Shown: positions 17,435-21,141 of the stretch, in pieces
Layout: the number at the start of each line of letters is the position of its first letter
Numbering within the stretch: the stretch's first letter is position 1
Assembly (NCBI GenBank): GCA_016839805.1
Contig: JAEOTO010000029.1
Location: 1 to 21,141 of the forward strand
Length of the DNA stretch: 21,141 bases
DNA from: Candidatus Hermodarchaeota archaeon
GTDB taxonomy: Archaea; Asgardarchaeota; Hermodarchaeia; Hermodarchaeales; Hermodarchaeaceae
Direction: 5' to 3'
Made by a program: the position numbers and the translations under genes
The notes under the pieces: model-generated
What the model was told of the DNA's origin: nothing
The model's database searches: none
The model's input: only the letters and a program-made list of their open reading frames with translations

Positions 17435-18472
17435 ATGCCCCGTCTGTTTCGAAGACGATCAAAAGCAATTGGGCTTCCACCTGGAACGCCAGTTTATGTT
17501 GGTGAGCAGCGACCCAGAAAAACAGTAATCAATATTATTGATTACAATGAAGATTCCTTCCAAGAGAAAGAAATCGGGGATGTCGCAGAATGTTCTGATT
17601 TTACCGACCGTCCAACTGTTACCTGGATCAAAGTCGAAGGTTTTAACAACCTTGAGATGCTTAAAAAGCTCTGTGAAAAATACGCACTACATCCATTAGT
17701 CGTTGAGGATATATTGAATACCACCCAGCGACCCAAAATCGAGGATTTCGGCGAATACGTCTTTATTCTGCTCAAAATGCTCAACTTCTCGGATGAAAAA
17801 GGCCTGATGGTCGAACAGATTAGCATTATTCTGAGCCAAAACTACGTTATCTCCTTTGAAGAGGGCCACGGCGAAACGTTTACTCCCATTCTAGAACGAA
17901 TACAAGTGGGAAAGGGAATCATTCAGAAAATGAAAAGTGATTACCTCGCCTTTTCCCTTTTGGATGTCGTGGTTAAAAACTACTTCAAAGTCATCGAGAA
18001 GGTAGAAAACAGAATTGAATTCTTAGAGGATAACCTAGTAGAAAATCCCACAACTGAAACTCTGCAAGGCATTCAAACCCTAAAAGAGCAGGTAACCTTA
18101 TTACGCAAATGGATTTCGCCTTTGCGGGAGGTCACCAGTCGGCTAGAACGTGGTCGTATTTCTCTCATAAATCAACCAATTCTCGTATACTTTCATGATG
18201 TATATGAAAATGTAATCCAAATCGCCGAAGCGGTAGACACTTTCCGTGATAAAATTCCAGTCATGCTTGATATCTTCTTTTCCAGCATCAGTTACCACTT
18301 AAACGAAGTTATCAAAATCCTTACGATAATAGCCACCATCTTCATCCCGCTTTCTATACTCACAAGCATTTTTGGTTTGACCATATATCTCCCCCCTCTC
18401 ATTTCAATACCAATAATTATCGCTCTAATTATTCTAATGATGTTATACTTCCGGAGGAAAAAATGGCTCTAG
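17435..18472 (+). CDS. corA: CorA-family divalent cation transporter (GMN signature replaced by GLT)
   Basis: GLPPGTPVYVG, LHPLVVEDILNTTQRPKIEDF, EQISIIL, YFHDVYE, LNEVIKILTIIATIFIPL and YFRRKKWL. A GAGGTGA RBS is present. Confidence 0.93.
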   Translation: MPRLFRRRSKAIGLPPGTPVYVGEQRPRKTVINIIDYNEDSFQEKEIGDVAECSDFTDRPTVTWIKVEGFNNLEMLKKLCEKYALHPLVVEDILNTTQRPKIEDFGEYVFILLKMLNFSDEKGLMVEQISIILSQNYVISFEEGHGETFTPILERIQVGKGIIQKMKSDYLAFSLLDVVVKNYFKVIEKVENRIEFLEDNLVENPTTETLQGIQTLKEQVTLLRKWISPLREVTSRLERGRISLINQPILVYFHDVYENVIQIAEAVDTFRDKIPVMLDIFFSSISYHLNEVIKILTIIATIFIPLSILTSIFGLTIYLPPLISIPIIIALIILMMLYFRRKKWL

Positions 18473-18484
18473 CTGAAACTCAAG

Positions 18485-18533
18485 TCATGTAAGTCTTCGA
18501 AACATAGGAGAACGGCATAAAATATAGGGGAAA
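18485..18533 (+). repeat. Dispersed repeat, right-hand box only (GTCTTCGA at 18493)
   Basis: TCATGTAAGTCTTCGA-N14-GCATAAAAT, located between convergent genes. Confidence 0.6.
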
Positions 18534-18601
18534 CCCCCCGGTTCCAGAAGTAAAATCGTCGAAAAGGCACTGCTTCATGATTTCTCGAAGGACAATTCTG
18601 C

Positions 18602-19064
18602 TCAGAAAATAAACGGTGGACCACTGGCAACCACGGTTAAATGCCCCCTAAAATCATTCCATGGGTATCCTGATGAAGATACCAGTTGAATGTTACATCC
18701 CCCGGGAACTGTAAGAAAGGGGGTTGCATGGCTTTCTGCAGAGTACGCTAAATAACTGTAAACCAGGTTGTCATTCAGGTCAGTGACTTGAATCCCCCAG
18801 TAATCCGTCACATACGTCACATGAACTGAAATCTTCACTCCGGTATGGGGAACAGTTAAAGTGATATTCGTGAAATCGCTAATATCGGGGAAACCAAGAA
18901 GCTCAACGGTTCTAGAAAAACGACCCGTGGTGCCGCCATCCCTGAATAGAAGGAGACGCCACTAAACACCACAATCAACACCACTACGACAGCAATCGTC
19001 TTCGCATTGGCCCTGATCTTTGTCGCGGTTTTTCACGTTTCTTCCTGGATCTCGTCTTCGCCAA
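18602..19064 (-). pseudogene. Membrane-anchored beta-rich protein split by two -1 frameshifts
   Basis: An AGGAGG RBS and TTG 19064 begin MAKTRSRKKREK, continuing as TATKIRANAKTIAVVVVLIVVFSGVSFYSGMAAPRVVF and then SRTVELLGFPDISDFTNITLTVPHTGVKISVHVTY...PPFIF. The frame switches are best placed at 5-mer homopolymers (19029-19033 and 18916-18920). Confidence 0.65.
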
Positions 19065-19206
19065 GACCAGTCCTCCTACAATAATCGAAAGTTAAGATCC
19101 TTCTAGTATAAAGTTGTTAAAAAGAAAGAGAAAGGCATCCAATTTCTCGAAGTTCTTGCTTGTCTTTATTAAAAAAAGTAATCTCAACAACGAGGTAAGG
19201 ATTACC

Positions 19207-19301
19207 TATGATGTGAACCAAATCATCTTTTACGTCATTGGGAAAAAACAGCAGCTACGTCTTCTACAATCATTCATGCGAACATATAACGCACCCGAAA
19301 A
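19207..19301 (+). repeat. Dispersed bipartite repeat, full copy 3
   Basis: TATGATGTGAACCAAATCATCTTTTACGTCATT-N11-GCAGCTACGTCTTCTA-...-ACATATAAC-GCACCC-GAAAA. Confidence 0.88.
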
Positions 19302-19553
19302 CCACTTAGAAAATCCAATCGTGTGCAAAACTACTGCTACAGGCAGGGAAGAGAAACACCTATAAACACTCTCGGACTTCCCTCTTGTTGTTAGCAAATA
19401 GGATTTAGTTTCTCTTTTTGAAGAGCTTTAGCTTATCATGCTAGGCAGCTATTCCCCGGAATTGCATTCTTCGGAACAGCACGGTTGCGTGACACAGCCA
19501 CCTATCTCTGAGAGATAACCCCATCTCAACTCAAGCAAATCGAGGTGAACACT

Positions 19554-19748
19554 ATGGTAAAAGGCACAATCAAATGGTTTAATCCCGACCGCAACTACGG
19601 CTTCATCGAACGTGAAACCGGTAGCGACGTATTCGTGCATGGCAGCGAAGTCGAAGGCGCCCACTTACTCAAAGAAGGCGACAAAGTCAGCTTCAAAATC
19701 GAAGAAGGCGATCGAGGTCTAAAAGCCACACAGGTCGCAGTAGAATAA
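19554..19748 (+). CDS. csp: Cold-shock domain protein (CspA family)
   Basis: KGTIKWFN, RNP1 NYGFI, RNP2 DVFVH and LKEGDKVSF. A GAGGTGA RBS precedes ATG 19554. Confidence 0.95.
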   Translation: MVKGTIKWFNPDRNYGFIERETGSDVFVHGSEVEGAHLLKEGDKVSFKIEEGDRGLKATQVAVE

Positions 19749-19878
19749 ACCACCCAATCACCCCGTGACCCAATCCAATCTCAGTACACCCATTTCACAC
19801 TGATTATTATCAAACTCAGTCGAAACAAGACACTGTGTTTGACCCTAGACCCCCATACAATGAAGGAGATGATAGAAT

Positions 19879-20061
19879 ATGAGCGAAGAAACCAATAATG
19901 AAAAACAAGCTGAAGGACGCGTGATGCGAGATTTGCAGCGTCGACCACGATCACGTAAGAACCGTGAATACGTCCTCATATCCGGTGAACGCGTCAAGCG
20001 AACAGATATCGGGCGGACCGAAGAAGACGAAACAGAAGAAGCTGAACGCAAAAAAACTTAA
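19879..20061 (+). CDS. Small charged hypothetical protein
   Basis: 60 aa, ATG with an AGGAG RBS upstream, Arg/Glu-rich. Confidence 0.5.
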   Translation: MSEETNNEKQAEGRVMRDLQRRPRSRKNREYVLISGERVKRTDIGRTEEDETEEAERKKT

Positions 20062-20078
20062 TTGCAAAACTCTAATCG

Positions 20079-20258
20079 ATATTCCTTAGCTGGTTTTGGT
20101 CTCTTGTAGTATCGCACAGCCTGTTGACGGTTTGCTGAATAGAGCCTAACCCCTCTTTCTCCCCGAAGGAATCGTTGGAGGTTATCATATTCAGCTTCCA
20201 AGATAGCTCTCTTTCTCTTAGTGAGTCTGACAACGCCACATTTGACGGTCAACCTCAC
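20079..20258 (-). pseudogene. tnpB: Truncated TnpB (IS200/IS605, Cas12f-like) N-terminal fragment
   Basis: RLTVKCGVVRLTKRKRAILEAEYDNLQRFLRG..LYSANRQQAVRYYK..KEY resembles the N-terminus of archaeal TnpB. There is no RuvC or Zn-finger domain, and an IS left-end hairpin lies directly upstream. Confidence 0.7.
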
Positions 20259-20305
20259 CTGCTTACTAGTGAGTTTACAGCTTTTCTTAAAAACCCTCAA
20301 AATCT

Positions 20306-20355
20306 AATTCATCCACCGATTGAAGTCGGTGGTCTTCTTGGATAGATTTGATAAA
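20306..20355 (-). mobile_element. IS200/IS605-family left end (hairpin) with putative TTTAT target motif
   Basis: The minus strand reads TTTAT|CAAATCTATCCAAGAAGA-CCACCGA-CTTCAA-TCGGTGG-ATGAATT, a perfect 7-bp stem upstream of the tnpB fragment. Confidence 0.7.
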
Positions 20356-20414
20356 GTATTACTCGTTTTTTAGTCAGTAGCTTGGGTCTAAAACTATATA
20401 AAAAAAGAGATTTT

Positions 20415-20987
20415 TTACGCAAGTAGAAAGTTTAGTACGATGTGCACAATCAATACGATGTATAATCCACTTATGAGACTCAGGTGGAGCATCCTGTTAG
20501 TATGAGGTTGAAGCTTTTTTCCACCTTTCAATGTAATGGGATTATATCTATACAAATATCCAGTGGCAACTAGGATAGCGACGAGAATATAGAGCGCTAC
20601 GCCACCACCGAGATCAGGATAAAATTGGAGTGGGCGACTCAGTTGTCCGGCCAAATGGATGGACACTAATAAGAAAGCGGTAGTAAACCCGAATATATGG
20701 AGGTTTAGCAGAATTTTATATCGCTGGGGGAAACGACGTTTCAGTATATAATATAATGGTGCGAAAACCAGGATAAAAGCAGACCCTATTATCCCCATCC
20801 AGTGAGAAAAGCGATATGGGCCGAGGAAAAATCCTGTATCAACAAAATCAAGTACAACTAATATGGTAACGATGATGATTGTGATGATATAGATTGTTTC
20901 TAATAAAAAGGCCTTATTCCTCAGTAAATTTTCTTTATCCTCAATTTTTGGAGATTGCGTCATAGACCATAGTGATATTGGAGTCAA
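20415..20987 (-). CDS. Five-TM membrane protein with intramembrane histidines (cytochrome b/ferric-reductase-like TM domain?)
   Basis: His residues in or near TM segments: SHWMG, NLHIFG, SIHLAG, MLHLS and IVHIV. The start may be 20966. Confidence 0.55.
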   Translation of the reverse strand: MTPISLWSMTQSPKIEDKENLLRNKAFLLETIYIITIIIVTILVVLDFVDTGFFLGPYRFSHWMGIIGSAFILVFAPLYYILKRRFPQRYKILLNLHIFGFTTAFLLVSIHLAGQLSRPLQFYPDLGGGVALYILVAILVATGYLYRYNPITLKGGKKLQPHTNRMLHLSLISGLYIVLIVHIVLNFLLA

Positions 20988-21029
20988 TTTAAATTTTGCG
21001 AGAAAAGTTCCTATTTACTACTGATAGTG

Positions 21030-21122
21030 AATAATGTGAACCAAATCATCTTTCACATCATTGATTAGTAATTGCACTTATGTCTTCGACTTCCTGTAAG
21101 GTGGCGAATGACAACTTGAAAA
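21030..21122 (+). repeat. Dispersed bipartite repeat, full copy 4
   Basis: AATAATGTGAACCAAATCATCTTTCACATCATT-N11-GCACTTATGTCTTCGA-N14-GCGAATGAC-N5-GAAAA. Confidence 0.9.
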
Positions 21123-21141
21123 TAAAACTGCAGCAATATCA

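Noticed and set aside
17449-17456. Inverted GTCTTCGA in corA
   Set aside because: It lies within coding sequence (FRRR) and lacks the flanking motif, so it is consistent with chance.
17286-17528. ORFs reading through the repeat (MKQIIFHII..., also 19114-19365) as a peptide family
   Set aside because: The similarity is just the DNA repeat. The same frame stops early in copies 1 and 4, and the substitutions follow the palindrome rather than codon positions.
20242-20252. TTGACGGTCAA identical to the 9601 operator
   Set aside because: It is a single copy inside the tnpB stub coding sequence (RLTVK) and is most likely coincidental.
14038-21062. Repeats as a CRISPR array
   Set aside because: Copies are about 0.9-2.3 kb apart with whole genes between them. 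There are no regular 30-45 bp spacers and no cas genes.
6910-21089. GTCTTC (BbsI site) at module junctions as a cloning or synthetic artefact
   Set aside because: The sites are embedded in a longer, naturally diverged motif and one copy is mutated downstream. Type IIS assembly would remove rather than leave such sites.
14038-21122. Repeats as canonical integron attC sites
   Set aside because: There are no bounding RYYYAAC...GTTRRRY boxes or long attC-type hairpin, the cargo genes face both directions, and there is no intI in the window. A covariance-model scan is still needed to exclude this formally.

Overview
This is an archaeal window: it carries a TATA-binding protein gene and GGAGG/GGTGA ribosome-binding sites. 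The gene content is consistent with an Asgard-type genome, but that assignment is an inference. Positions 1-6901 are compact and repeat-free: tbp, then a divergent lipid/acyl-CoA catabolic cluster (FabK/NPD-like flavoenzyme, DUF35, two Cys-less Ltp4/Ltp3-like thiolase-fold proteins, DUF35, acyl-CoA ligase). From ~6.9 kb to the end the sequence is a patchwork of unrelated 1-4 kb modules: an ArsB/NhaD transporter; an ArsR regulator with an opine dehydrogenase, a B12-binding protein and a 51-aa Zn-finger; DUF2061; a CPBP protease; a GbsR/MarR regulator with Yip1; a CorA lacking GMN; a frameshifted anchored protein; a cold-shock protein; a TnpB remnant; and a His-rich membrane protein. Nearly every module junction carries a co-oriented copy of a previously unannotated bipartite ~95-bp repeat. 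The repeat has a 33-bp site with 11-bp inverted arms and a near-invariant asymmetric core (AATGAYGTGAA-MCAAATCATCT-TTCACRTCATT), followed at fixed spacing by a GTCTTCGA...ATAAC box. The best reading is a recombination-site-delimited gene-cassette array that is not a canonical integron. No recombinase gene is present in the window.
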